Source: Octopus bimaculoides (lineage: Eukaryota). Taken from it: a DNA stretch of 64,000 nt. The notes beneath the pieces were generated by a model. It saw nothing but the letters and a program-made list of their open reading frames with translations, was not told the DNA's origin and did not search any database. Position numbers and translations under genes: made by a program. The DNA lies in the NCBI RefSeq assembly GCF_001194135.2, contig NC_068988.1, positions 80,626,194 through 80,690,193 on the forward strand, read 5' to 3'. Shown here in pieces: positions 1 through 10,307 of the stretch; the first letter of the stretch is position 1, and every line of letters begins with the position of its first letter.

Positions 1-120
1 CACTACTATTACTGCCGTTATTGCTACTCCCATTCATCCTGTTATTCCTACCACTACTATTGTTACTGTCACTACCACCACCACCACCACCACCACCACC
101 GCCATTGTTACCATCCCATC
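1..120. repeat. Degenerate (ACT)n/(CAC)n trinucleotide repeats
   Basis: cactactattactgcc...accaccaccaccaccaccaccaccacc. Confidence 0.85.
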
Positions 121-779
121 TAGTGTTTTCTGTTTTAGGTCTGCTGACTCCCTGTCCAAGAATTCTGTTGCATTCAGCTTTATTCTCCCTCTTGACCCCC
201 ATGGCCTTACCTTTGTCTGTGTTCTTGTGCCTATGGTTATCTGTGTCTGTGTGTCTGTGTGTCTTTCATGTTCCAATATATCTCCATATCATCCTTTCAT
301 GTTGTCCCTCCCCTAATATTTCTGTTAGCACTCTCCCCATCGGTGACATGACACTTCGTTATCCCACTCCACACACCACATCTCTGTAAAATCTCTCACA
401 TTTTACACAAACAGATCACAGCTGCAGATATTAGGACGTTTCATCATTATTCTTGGAATTTCCTCACCCTCCAGCATCAATAAATTTTTTTTCATTTTTT
501 AAAAATTCTTCCCCTATTCCTCACACTACCTCCTCCCTCCCATTTAATCTTTCTTTTATTTTTCTCTCGCTTCTTTCATCTGTGACAGACATTTTTTTCT
601 TTTTTTTTTCTTTCTCACGTCGATATCTCGATGGGCGGAACACTTCTACACATCGTGAAACACTTTCCGGAATATTCCTAGAATGGCTCTTTCATGTAAA
701 CATGGAGAGGGTTAGATTTGCCACCGTCGGATGTGAGATGGGTAGGAACATAGGCAAATGAAGACAATCCAGATAATTA

Positions 780-1030
780 TTAAAGTCGTAATTAGTGGTT
801 GCCGCATTTAAATCAGTCTAACCAGTGGTGGCCACAGTCAAATCTCTTTAATAGGTGGTAGCCACACTTAAATTCACTTAATAGCGTGTATCTACATTTA
901 ATTTTAATAGAAGGCAGTCATAGAATTCTAATAGAAGACAGATCTAATTGGTGGTAGCTGCATTTAAATCTAACAAGTGGTAGTCATGTTTAAGTATATT
1001 TAATAGGTGGTGGCAACATTTAAATCTATG
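780..1030. repeat. Degenerate minisatellite, roughly 30-35-bp units
   Basis: Recurring taatnngtggtngccncatttaaatc units, about 7-8 copies. Confidence 0.7.
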
Positions 1031-1189
1031 GTTCAGATTTCACCTACTAGGTTAAAAAATTAAGGCTGGTGGGTCAGCATGGATGTAGGCATAGTCTATA
1101 ATTTAGGCAGGTGTTAAGTACCATTCCCTTGTGTATGGAGAAACCAGGCCTATGGTCGTGTATCTGGATTGTCGGCTGCCTGTGGCTTG

Positions 1190-1460
1190 AAGTTCATTAA
1201 CAGGGTGTACCTCAGGTGGAAATAGTAAGGTTGGTAGAGTATGTGTAGTTAGTTACTCGAGAAGGTAAAGTTGACAATTGTGATTCCAAGTGAATAAGGG
1301 GTAACCCTGTTAATGATACTCCATTCGATGTTAGGAAAATCGTTCCGATGGTCACGACGGAACAGGGATGTGAAGTTTTCCCTATTCCTGCACCTGAAGG
1401 AGTGCATACGTTGTGTGTAGGTTTCTTTGAAGTCATGTCTGTTTAGTGTCTTGTAATGCC
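1190..1460 (-). mobile_element. Penelope-like retroelement fragment (C-terminal part of GIY-YIG endonuclease region)
   Basis: ORF 1249..1629 reads HDFKETYTQRMHSFRCRNRENFTSL...PNIEWSIINRVTPYS, like the Penelope FKERY..H..SF....ENST.LS...I.WSI....PY pattern as recalled. Confidence 0.6.
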
Positions 1461-1499
1461 ACCGGATGGTGTGACAGTACACACGCGCATGCGCACGAA

Positions 1500-1526
1500 T
1501 ATATATGTGTGTGTGTGTGTGTGTGT

Positions 1527-1569
<43 letters not shown>

Positions 1570-1640
1570 GGCGTGGTTGTGCTGTAAGAAGCTTGCTTCC
1601 CAACCACATGATCCCGGGTTCAGTCTCACTGCGTGACACC

Positions 1641-1699
<59 letters not shown>

Positions 1700-1730
1700 T
1701 GTGTGTGTTTATGTATCTGTGTGTCTCCCC
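1500..1730. repeat. (TG)n/(TA)n microsatellites enclosing an isolated SINE-A head (1567-1640)
   Basis: Dinucleotide tracts either side of ggcgtggttgtgctgtaagaagcttgcttcccaaccacatgatcccgggttcagtc. Confidence 0.85.
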
Positions 1731-1919
1731 CACAGTTAATGGATCAGTTAATGTCGAATGTGACAAGAGAGTCGTGTATGTGTACGTATTCAATTTTGTT
1801 TATATACTTTGAGCTGCTTCTAATTCATATTTGAAGTCTTTCCGTCGCACGAAACGTTGGGACATGCCAGCAGATGGTTTTCAAACCATTTAGCATATAG
1901 TCATAATCGGCGAGATAGC

Positions 1920-2400
1920 TTGCAACAAGCGTTGTTTGGTATGGAAGAAAAGTTGTGAAACCCTGAATAAACAGAATTCGCGACGTAAAACCGTACGTGT
2001 TCCAACATGACTCTGCGTCATCTCATAACGCTAGGGCAACCCAAGAATGGACGTATGCCAGTCTCCCTGACCATGTTCTCCCAGACACATGGCCTCCTAA
2101 CTCACCAGACCCCAATCTACTTGTCTATTATAAATGGGGTATAACCGAGAGAGAGATCAATCAACACAACCATAATACCATACAATTTCTCAAATCCCTT
2201 ATAATCAGCATTTTGTCCCAAATAGATAAAGATCATCTGAATTGGGCTTGTCAACGCTTCCGGTCCATTTTGAAGCAGGTGTTGATACTAACTAGGATTC
2301 TCAACATTATTTGCAGCAATTTGTTTTCAAATACAGCTTTTCTTTGATGAGCTATGCGCCTTTTTCTAAATTCATACAAATGACCTCCAAAATTGACGCA
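1920..2400 (+). mobile_element. Tc1/mariner-superfamily transposase 3' remnant
   Basis: ORF 1997..2347 FQHDSASSHNARATQEW...WPPNSPDPNLLVYYKWG, preceded by EKVVKP*...RKPYV; DD(D/E) catalytic region. Confidence 0.8.
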
Positions 2401-2403
2401 CCT

Positions 2404-2754
2404 ACCAACCACATGGTTCCGGGTTCATCCCTACTGCGTGGCACCTTGGGCAAGTGTCTTCTACTATAGCCTCGGGCCGACCAAAGCTTTGTGAGTGGAT
2501 TTGGTAGACGGAAACTGAAAGAAGCCCGTCCTATATATGTATGTATATATGTATGTGTGTATATGTTTGTGTGTCTGTGTTTGTCCCCCCAACATCACTT
2601 GACAACCGATGGTGGTGTGTTTGCGTCCCCGTAACTTAGCGGTTCGGCAAAAAAGGCCGATATAATAAGTACTGGGGTCGATTTGCTCGACTAAAGGTGG
2701 TGCTCCAGCATGGCTGCAGTCAAATGACTGAAACAAGTAAAAGAGTAAAGAGAG
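2404..2754 (+). mobile_element. tRNA-derived SINE family A copy, ending at a gap
   Basis: ccaaccacatggttccgggttcatccc (B-box-like)...gcaccttgggcaagtg...gaaactgaaagaagcccgtc...ggggtcgatttgctcgactaaag; many related copies in the window. Confidence 0.85.
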
Positions 2755-3458
2755 NNNNNNNNNNNNNNNNNNNNNNNNNNNNNNNNNNNNNNNNNNNNNN
2801 NNNNNNNNNNNNNNNNNNNNNNNNNNNNNNNNNNNNNNNNNNNNNNNNNNNNNNNNNNNNNNNNNNNNNNNNNNNNNNNNNNNNNNNNNNNNNNNNNNNN
2901 NNNNNNNNNNNNNNNNNNNNNNNNNNNNNNNNNNNNNNNNNNNNNNNNNNNNNNNNNNNNNNNNNNNNNNNNNNNNNNNNNNNNNNNNNNNNNNNNNNNN
3001 NNNNNNNNNNNNNNNNNNNNNNNNNNNNNNNNNNNNNNNNNNNNNNNNNNNNNNNNNNNNNNNNNNNNNNNNNNNNNNNNNNNNNNNNNNNNNNNNNNNN
3101 NNNNNNNNNNNNNNNNNNNNNNNNNNNNNNNNNNNNNNNNNNNNNNNNNNNNNNNNNNNNNNNNNNNNNNNNNNNNNNNNNNNNNNNNNNNNNNNNNNNN
3201 NNNNNNNNNNNNNNNNNNNNNNNNNNNNNNNNNNNNNNNNNNNNNNNNNNNNNNNNNNNNNNNNNNNNNNNNNNNNNNNNNNNNNNNNNNNNNNNNNNNN
3301 NNNNNNNNNNNNNNNNNNNNNNNNNNNNNNNNNNNNNNNNNNNNNNNNNNNNNNNNNNNNNNNNNNNNNNNNNNNNNNNNNNNNNNNNNNNNNNNNNNNN
3401 NNNNNNNNNNNNNNNNNNNNNNNNNNNNNNNNNNNNNNNNNNNNNNNNNNNNNNNNNN
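2755..3458. other. Assembly gap; others at 21281-21607, 26546-26723, 36295-36304, 52591-52600, 54433-54956, 58718-58998
   Basis: Runs of N. Confidence 1.
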
Positions 3459-3459
3459 G

Positions 3460-3760
3460 GGGGGGTGAAGGTGAGGGTTGCCCAGCTGTTGCTAGTTGTG
3501 AATCCATGTTGAAGCTGTTGTTGCTGTTGTGGCTGTCATTGTTAATGCTTTTATTGTAGTTGGTGGTAGTGGTGATTGGATGCAGTGTTTTAGCTGCTCT
3601 AATTCTTCTTACAGCTGTTGTTCTTGTCATTACTGCAACAGCTGATGATTTTGTTGTTGTTGTTGTTGTTGTTGCTGCGGGTAATTTTATAGTTCCTTTG
3701 ATCTCGACGTCGTTGCTGCTGCTGCTACTGCTGCTGCTTCTGCTGTTTCAATGATGATCA
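3460..3760. repeat. (GTT)n/(GCT)n low-complexity tract
   Basis: gttgttgttgttgttgtt and gctgctgctgctactgctgctg runs. Confidence 0.85.
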
Positions 3761-4199
3761 AGGGGTTATTGAGGATTAAGATGTTAATGGTGGTGTAGGG
3801 GAATAGTTTGTCAATGACTTTGTTGAAGTTATATTCAGATTCTATTTCGCTTATTTTTCTCATTTCCCTCCTTTTTTGTTCTCAAGTGATTTTCCCTCCT
3901 TTTTTTTTTTTTTTGTTGAGACCAATTTTACCAGCAATTTATTCCATTTCAACACGTTTTACTGTTTCATTAAATTGGATTTCATTTACTTTTATGTACT
4001 TATTTATTTGGTTGGTTTAATTTGACAGAACATTCTATTGGGGAATATCTAAATAAAACTCCGCCATTACAATCATATCATAAACAGTTTTCAAATAAAA
4101 TCAGAAAGACCAACCCAGACACTGTATTATATTTAGCGCTTCATTTCACACACCTCGGATACTCCCAAGGAACCACACACGTGTCCATATCAATACGCA

Positions 4200-4201
4200 T
4201 A

Positions 4202-4256
<55 letters not shown>

Positions 4257-4656
4257 CGACCCTCTAAACAAGCCATACGTGCATTCCTTCAAACACACCA
4301 CACTACGTCCATACAAACACACATATAGATACACACATGCATACATAGATACACACACTACACACATACACTACCCACTTACATTACACACACATGCATT
4401 CCTTCTAACATACCACACATACGTCTATACTAACACACATACACACACGTACACTACACACATGCACCACGCACTATACACTATACACACACGCCCTACA
4501 TGCACATACATTACACACACATACACATCCATTCAAACGCACCATACACTCCTTCAAACAAACCATACATAGGTCCATACATATATATACACGCTACGCA
4601 CATACAAAACACACACACACACTACACAAATATACATACTACATACACTACACACA
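4200..4656. repeat. (CA)n(GA)n and degenerate CA-rich tract
   Basis: Visible directly. Confidence 0.9.
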
Positions 4657-4658
4657 TA

Positions 4659-5750
4659 CGAGGGTGAACTACAAAAACTCATAGGTTAACTATAAAAGAG
4701 TGATGCTAGAGCTGTGAAATCTAGCATGCATTAATTTTAAATCTCCTTAGTTGTAATTGCATTGTTTCTTTCCAGGTAAACTGACACATGATTGTTCAAA
4801 GAAGACTTCAAAAGTAACTGGTAGTAACAGCAGATATGACGTCATTGTCACTGCGATACTGGTTCTTAACCAAGTCTTTTCTCAGGTTGGGAAACAGATG
4901 AGAGTCAGGTGAGGCCAAATAAGGAGAATAAGGAGACTGATCAACCAGCCCAAAGTCAATATCATGCACCACAGCCATTGAAACTAAAGACTTGTGAAAC
5001 AAGACTTCTTTCGTCAGTTTTCCTGGGCGTTTGGCTTTGATAACCTTTCGTAACTGCCTCAGCAATTTGGCATAATACTCGCCATTGATGACGTACTCTT
5101 TTGAAAATAGTAAATAAACACAATGCCTTCTGCATCCCAAAATATTGAGACCATCATCTTACCAGCAGATGAAACGACCTTAGCCTTCTTTAGAACAAGT
5201 GAAGAGAGCTGTTTTCACAGCATGGATTGTCTCTTCGTCTCTGACTCAAAGTGATGAAGCCAACACTCATCCTGAATTAGAAAACGTTCAAGAAAACCGG
5301 CTGGATCTGCCTCAAACAATGTCAGGTTTTTCCGTTTTTCTACCCACCGGGCAGAAGAAATTTTTGTCATGCCAAGTTCATTGCGCAGAATATTCTAAAC
5401 TCTCTCACAGGATACGCCAATAGCATTGGCTATTTGAGTTATACTTACTCGCCTGTCATCTATCACTATGTGGTAAACACGGTCAATGTTTTTCTTTGGT
5501 GGTAACAATTGCATCATCTTGCGTCATCTTCAAGACTTTCCCTTTCCCTCCTTAATTCATCTGCTCACTTTCACTGTCAATAAAGCTGGAGCCTCATCCC
5601 CTAATGTAGCAACCATGTCAGCATGAATGTCCTTGGGGGTTAAACCCTTTTTCTGCAGGTATTTGATAACACAACGATGTCAAATTGTGTCATCTGGGGA
5701 CTGCTCAAACTCAGAGTCAAAGGCACGATGTCAAATTTCTCTTCAATTTC
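4659..5750 (-). mobile_element. Rearranged mariner: left TIR and 5' UTR in + orientation (4659-4828) fused to an inverted, decayed transposase (4825-5750)
   Basis: ORF 4808..5140(-) [25 protein letters not shown]...SPYSPYLASPDSHLFPNL; both parts align by eye to the element at 44153-45428. Confidence 0.8.
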
Positions 5751-5820
5751 AATTAGTTTTTCTCTTCCTTTATCCTTATACGTTTTCCTCTTACTCTTAG
5801 CCTCAGTTTCTTTCCATCCA

Positions 5821-5839
5821 ATACACACACACACACACA

Positions 5840-5919
<80 letters not shown>

Positions 5920-5945
5920 GTTTCTCTCTCTATCTCTCTCTCTTT
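5821..5945. repeat. (CA)n(CT)n microsatellite
   Basis: Visible directly. Confidence 0.95.
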
Positions 5946-6234
5946 TTCTCTCCCTCTACCGCCTCTATTTAATTGTTTTCGTTAAAAATAAGTGATTACA
6001 AAGTTTTTCCTTGAGATAATTTGAGAATATTCGTGATAATTTTTACTTCATATGTATCATATCAAAATAGCATTAAATTTTATATTTCACGTTTCATTCT
6101 CTTATGCACATGTGTGAATATTACCATGTACATACTTTGCTATCTGTTTCCACATTAGAATTTTTCAATTCAACATATGCTGTCAGAAAATCGCCCGGTG
6201 TTTCTGTTGGTAATAAAAATAACTGTTTCAAAAG

Positions 6235-6430
6235 ACGAGAAATTTGGTGGGAAGAAGATAGTCGATTACATGAACCCAGTAGTTGTCTGGTACTTTATTT
6301 TATCGACCTTGAAATAATGAAAAGCAAAGTTAACTCCTGCGGAATTTAAACTCTGAACGTAAAAAGTTCGAGGAAATGCCGTTTAGCATTTTGCCCGACA
6401 GGCTAATAATTCTGTCAATTCGCCAACCTC
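6235..6430 (-). mobile_element. tRNA-derived SINE family B copy
   Basis: Plus strand gtcgattacat...tactttattttatcgacc..gaaa..atgaaa.gcaaagt...ggaattt.aact; the reverse complement carries a GAGTTCAAATTCC-type B-box; related copies about 7262-7460, 8400-8535, 34065-34200, 54285-54432, 57160-57350 (-) and 15140-15310 (+). Confidence 0.75.
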
Positions 6431-6439
6431 ACGAGAGTC

Positions 6440-7258
6440 AATGGCCATTCCAAAACGGGTAGACAGAACTCATTATCCTTGGTAGTCTGTCTAGAAGGAA
6501 CACTTTGAATTAAAAACTGGGGTAGATAGGACTCTTTACCAACTCAGTGAAAAAGAATGTATACCACACAAGTACCACGGACCTCTGCAGAATGTGTGGG
6601 AAGAGGGTCGAAAGCGTGACTCACATTGTTAGTGCTTATGAAAATCTTGCGCAGAAAGAATACAAGCCCTGACACAACAAGGTAGCCCAAAACCTTCACT
6701 GGCTACTATGCCGTAAGCATGGATACGAGGTAACGGGTGCTTGGTACCAACACCGGAAAAGGTAATGGACAAAAAGGGGAATATCCTCTGGGACTTTGAC
6801 TTCCAGACAGACAAGGTATTAGAGCATCAATGGCCGGATATAGTAACCTTTAGGAGAGATAAACAAGTGTGCCTAATAATCGACGTGGCAGTGCCAAGAG
6901 ATCAACTTATTATCATGAAAGAAAGAGAAAAGATGGATAAATATGGAGACCTGAGAATTGAGATCGCCAAGATATGGCAGCTTCGAGAGTCAAGCATAAA
7001 CATTTCCCTGTCGTCATCGGAGTATTGGATTCAATACCTCGCAACCTGAATAAGCTTCTGGAAACTTTAGAAATACCCTACAATCTAGGTGTATTGCAAA
7101 AATCGGCTTTACTTGGAACTGCATGTTTATTGCGTAAAGTACCGTCTGTCTGAGGTCCTTGTTGTGACTTGACAGACTGTACAAACCCCCAATAAGCAAT
7201 ATCTTCAATTCACATCACGATATTTGATACTGTGTGATGTCTTCAATAATAATAATAA
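6440..7258 (+). mobile_element. R4/Dong-like non-LTR retrotransposon 3' fragment (CCHC knuckle plus restriction-like endonuclease)
   Basis: CRMCGKRVESVTHIVSA..NLAQKEYK..HNKVAQNLHWLLCRKHG, then ORF 6741..7049 ILWDFDFQTDKVLEHQWPDIV...CLIIDVAVP...EKMDKYGDL; ends in (AAT)n. Confidence 0.8.
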
Positions 7259-7469
7259 ACCATTCTATCATAGGCACAAGACCTGAGATTTGGGGAGAGA
7301 GGCTAGTCGATTACATCGACTCCAGTGCTCAACTGGTATTTATTTCACCGACCCAAAAAGGATAAAAGGCAAAGTCGATCTCAGCGAAATTTGAACTCGG
7401 AACGTAAAGCCAGAATAAATGCCGCTTAGCATTTGCCCGATGTGTTAAGTATTCTGCTAGTTCGCCACC

Positions 7470-7486
7470 TTACTACTACTACTAAT

Positions 7487-7521
<35 letters not shown>

Positions 7522-7522
7522 T

Positions 7523-7557
<35 letters not shown>

Positions 7558-7620
7558 ATACAACATCAAAAGCAACAACAATAGTAATAACAACAATAAT
7601 AATAATAATAGCAATAATGA
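7470..7620. repeat. (AAT)n(AAC)n microsatellite
   Basis: Visible directly. Confidence 0.95.
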
Positions 7621-8529
7621 TATTAAAAGGTGATCGATTAATGAGTGTTTGAAATTTTATGTGATAATCGAAATCCTATTTGATAGATTGGCAGCAAAAA
7701 AATAATCCTCTGTAATTCGGTTTATCTTTTAGCGAGAGTCAGCAGCTTTCGCCTTAAAGATATGAAGGAAGAAAAATTAAATTTAAATTCAATTTCTCAA
7801 GAAATTTCCCCGGGAATTAGGTTATCGTGTTCAATAATTCTATTCAGATACTAAAATATTGCTTTTATTTGTTTTGTAGAGACGAGATTGGGGAAGATTT
7901 TGTTTTTGTTTATTTCATTGGTTTTTATCTTAGCTTTTCTTTCATTAGAAGAAAATTTTGTGTCTAAATTTAACTTTGTTGTAACTCAAGCATATTTATA
8001 ATAAAGAAAAAAAACTTCTTCATCATATTTTAATTATCCAAATACATGCCATACTAGTCAATATTTGAATTAAATTCATCTCTTTCATCCGTTCTTTACA
8101 TATTTCACCAGTTCACATTTATTTAAAAAATTTTAATTATGTTATTGTAAACAGAAATAGATTCTACTGTCTTGAGGTGGTGAGGAAGATAATCAAACCA
8201 AAATAAAATCAGATGTTTTATTCAGATTTGTCAATCATCCTTCACAGTAAGTGATGCGTCTAGCTTTGGTGCTTAGGTGCCAATTTTGCGGCAAATGACT
8301 TGAAAGTATGTGTACTTTGATGTGCATTGTTTTATTCTTAATATAACTGTTCACCTGTTTGGAAATAAAGGATCTCTCGGGATACACAATTTACCGATTT
8401 ATAGAGGCTGGTGGAGGCATAACTGAGGTAAACAAACATCAATGTATTACCGGTATTTATTTTATTGGCCCCAGATATTGAAATCAAAGTCGATCCTGCC
8501 GGATTCGAATTAGAGATATTTGTTTAGGC

Positions 8530-9440
8530 ACTCTACCTGTTCTAACATCTACTAATGACAAAAGTTTCGTTGAGGAAGAAAGAATTTTGTGTCCTGTATT
8601 TGGCAAGTCTCACTCTCAGACTGTATAGATAGATGTGGTTGATGTTCAGTTTTAACACTTTCAAATCGAGGTCTGTAGTGAAAAAAGTGGTAGCAAGAAA
8701 CTTGTAGGAAGTTGACATCCTCCGAAGAAAGGATTGGGTGTGGAAATTAGTGTGGAATTTGAAAGGGGAGAAACATGATGAGAAGCAATAAATATGATGG
8801 GTGAGTTTGACTGGAAGTAATATGAAGAACAGAGATCATCGTTGCCAACTTGTTACATCTTTTGGGTGTAATCTAAAAGATTTGTATGTATAGCAGCATC
8901 AGCAGTGGCACTGTCCCAGATACGAATGAAATATTTCATTATGGCTAATACTTGAGATTTGAAGAGTCAGGAGCTAATGCGAGCTGAAGTATCTCATTGT
9001 CCTGAAGAGGAAAGTTAATCTCTGTGGATGTCATTTTGTTGTTATGTGGTGTAGGACAAGTAAGAAAGATTAAAAGCGTTTGTAATGACTTGATGAGTCT
9101 TCTCTTGTCTTGTAACGGTATTCACCCGGCAGGGGTTAAATCGGCTCTCATTGAGTTCATAGGAGTTTCAAAAAATGATACGAGTCCGCGAAAACTGTTC
9201 CCATCTGTATTCGTAAGCCACCATTTACGATCGGTAGCAGTTCGTCCTCGTGTTATGTCTTCTTGCTGCAGGATGCCTGCAGACGCGATCCAGTTAGCCG
9301 GGTTGCGGCCCTAGCACTGCCGGTGTCAGACCTGTCTGCTTTGGGTGGTCCTACCAGGGACTCGAAGTCCCTAACGGCATAGTTCTGACACTCACTCGTT
9401 TAACCTTCTCACCACGATAAGGTCAAAGGCTGGACTTTGA
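8530..9440. mobile_element. Unclassified retroelement remnant; minus strand weakly like a Penelope N-terminus; GC-rich multi-hairpin end at 9200-9440
   Basis: Decayed minus frame ISHNEIFHSYLGQCH..CYTYKSFRLHPK; several perfect short hairpins; family not assigned. Confidence 0.3.
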
Positions 9441-9514
9441 TGAGTGTTAATTACATGTTGTCCAAGACAAGAGAGAGTGATGTGGAATATAATTTTAATT
9501 ACGTTTTCAAAGAT

Positions 9515-9610
9515 GAGACAGACGGGCAGACGGGCAGAGAGAGAGACAGACAGAGAGACAGACAGACAGACAGACAGAAACAGAGACAGAGACAGAGACA
9601 GAGAGATGTA
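9515..9610. repeat. (GACA)n/(GAGACA)n repeat
   Basis: Visible directly. Confidence 0.9.
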
Positions 9611-9834
9611 GAAGACGATCTTGATTGCAGGTTGTTGAAGACTAGAGACGGTGGGATATAGTTCCCTTAATATATGCACAAATACTGTATCGTTGTATTG
9701 ATGAATGAAACAAAATTTTCGAGTTCTCATTATGGAATGCCTTCTAAGTCTCTGTTGATGGTGCATGTTTAATATGAGATGTCTAGGTTACATATAGTTG
9801 AGGAAGGTTACGGTTGAGAGGAATGAGTTTTGTT

Positions 9835-9900
9835 GAAGGTAACTGTAATAAGTTCTGAAGGTAACTGTAATAAGGTCTGAAGGTAACTGTAATAAGTTCG
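9835..9900. repeat. 22-bp tandem repeat x3 (gaaggtaactgtaataagttct)
   Basis: Three near-perfect units. Confidence 0.9.
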
Positions 9901-10139
9901 TTAATTTACAGGTAGAAGAATGTGGGAGAAATAAGCGAATTTCGGGCCACAGAAGAGCCGGTGAAGTGAGGTTCAGAGAGACCCTTGTCTGCACATGCAA
10001 TGATGGTACTGACAGAAATCTTCCCATCAAAGATATTAGAGACTAGATCAGCAGAGTTGGTAAAAGACGCTGGTAATCATTCCAGGTTACAGTTGATTAG
10101 CTCTTTTACATGAAGTGATAATGAATCACATGACACATC

Positions 10140-10307
10140 ATGAAGAAGAAGAAGAAGGAGAAGAAGAAGAAGAAGAAGAAGAAGAAGAAGAAGAAGAAGA
10201 AGAAGAAGAAGAAGAAGAAGAAGAAGAAGAAGAAGAAGAAGAAGGACGAGGAGGAGAAGAAGAAGAAGAAGAAGAAGAAGAAGAAGAAGAAGAAGAAGAA
10301 GAAGAGG
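10140..10307. repeat. Long (GAA)n microsatellite with two interruptions
   Basis: Visible directly; source of the poly-E and poly-K ORFs. Confidence 0.95.

Noticed and set aside
21-389. Poly-Pro/Leu ORF and other low-complexity ORFs (3560..3754, 4279..4572, 5677..5985, 7433..7633, 9437..9661, 10115..10357)
   Set aside because: Translations of microsatellites, with no splice context or domain
2464-3630. Long ORFs of 150-388 aa here and at 21176-21849, 26423-27067, 54354-55003, 58684-59040
   Set aside because: They are mostly X because they run through N gaps; the flanks are SINE, LINE or simple repeat
9170-9260. Possible hammerhead (TGATA...GCGAAA..TC) or HDV-like (TCCTCGT) ribozyme core
   Set aside because: The CUGANGA core is incomplete and stem I does not pair; the HDV P3 pairing fails
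9835-9900. Short direct repeats as a possible CRISPR array
   Set aside because: Units are adjacent with no spacers, the context is eukaryotic, and there are no cas genes
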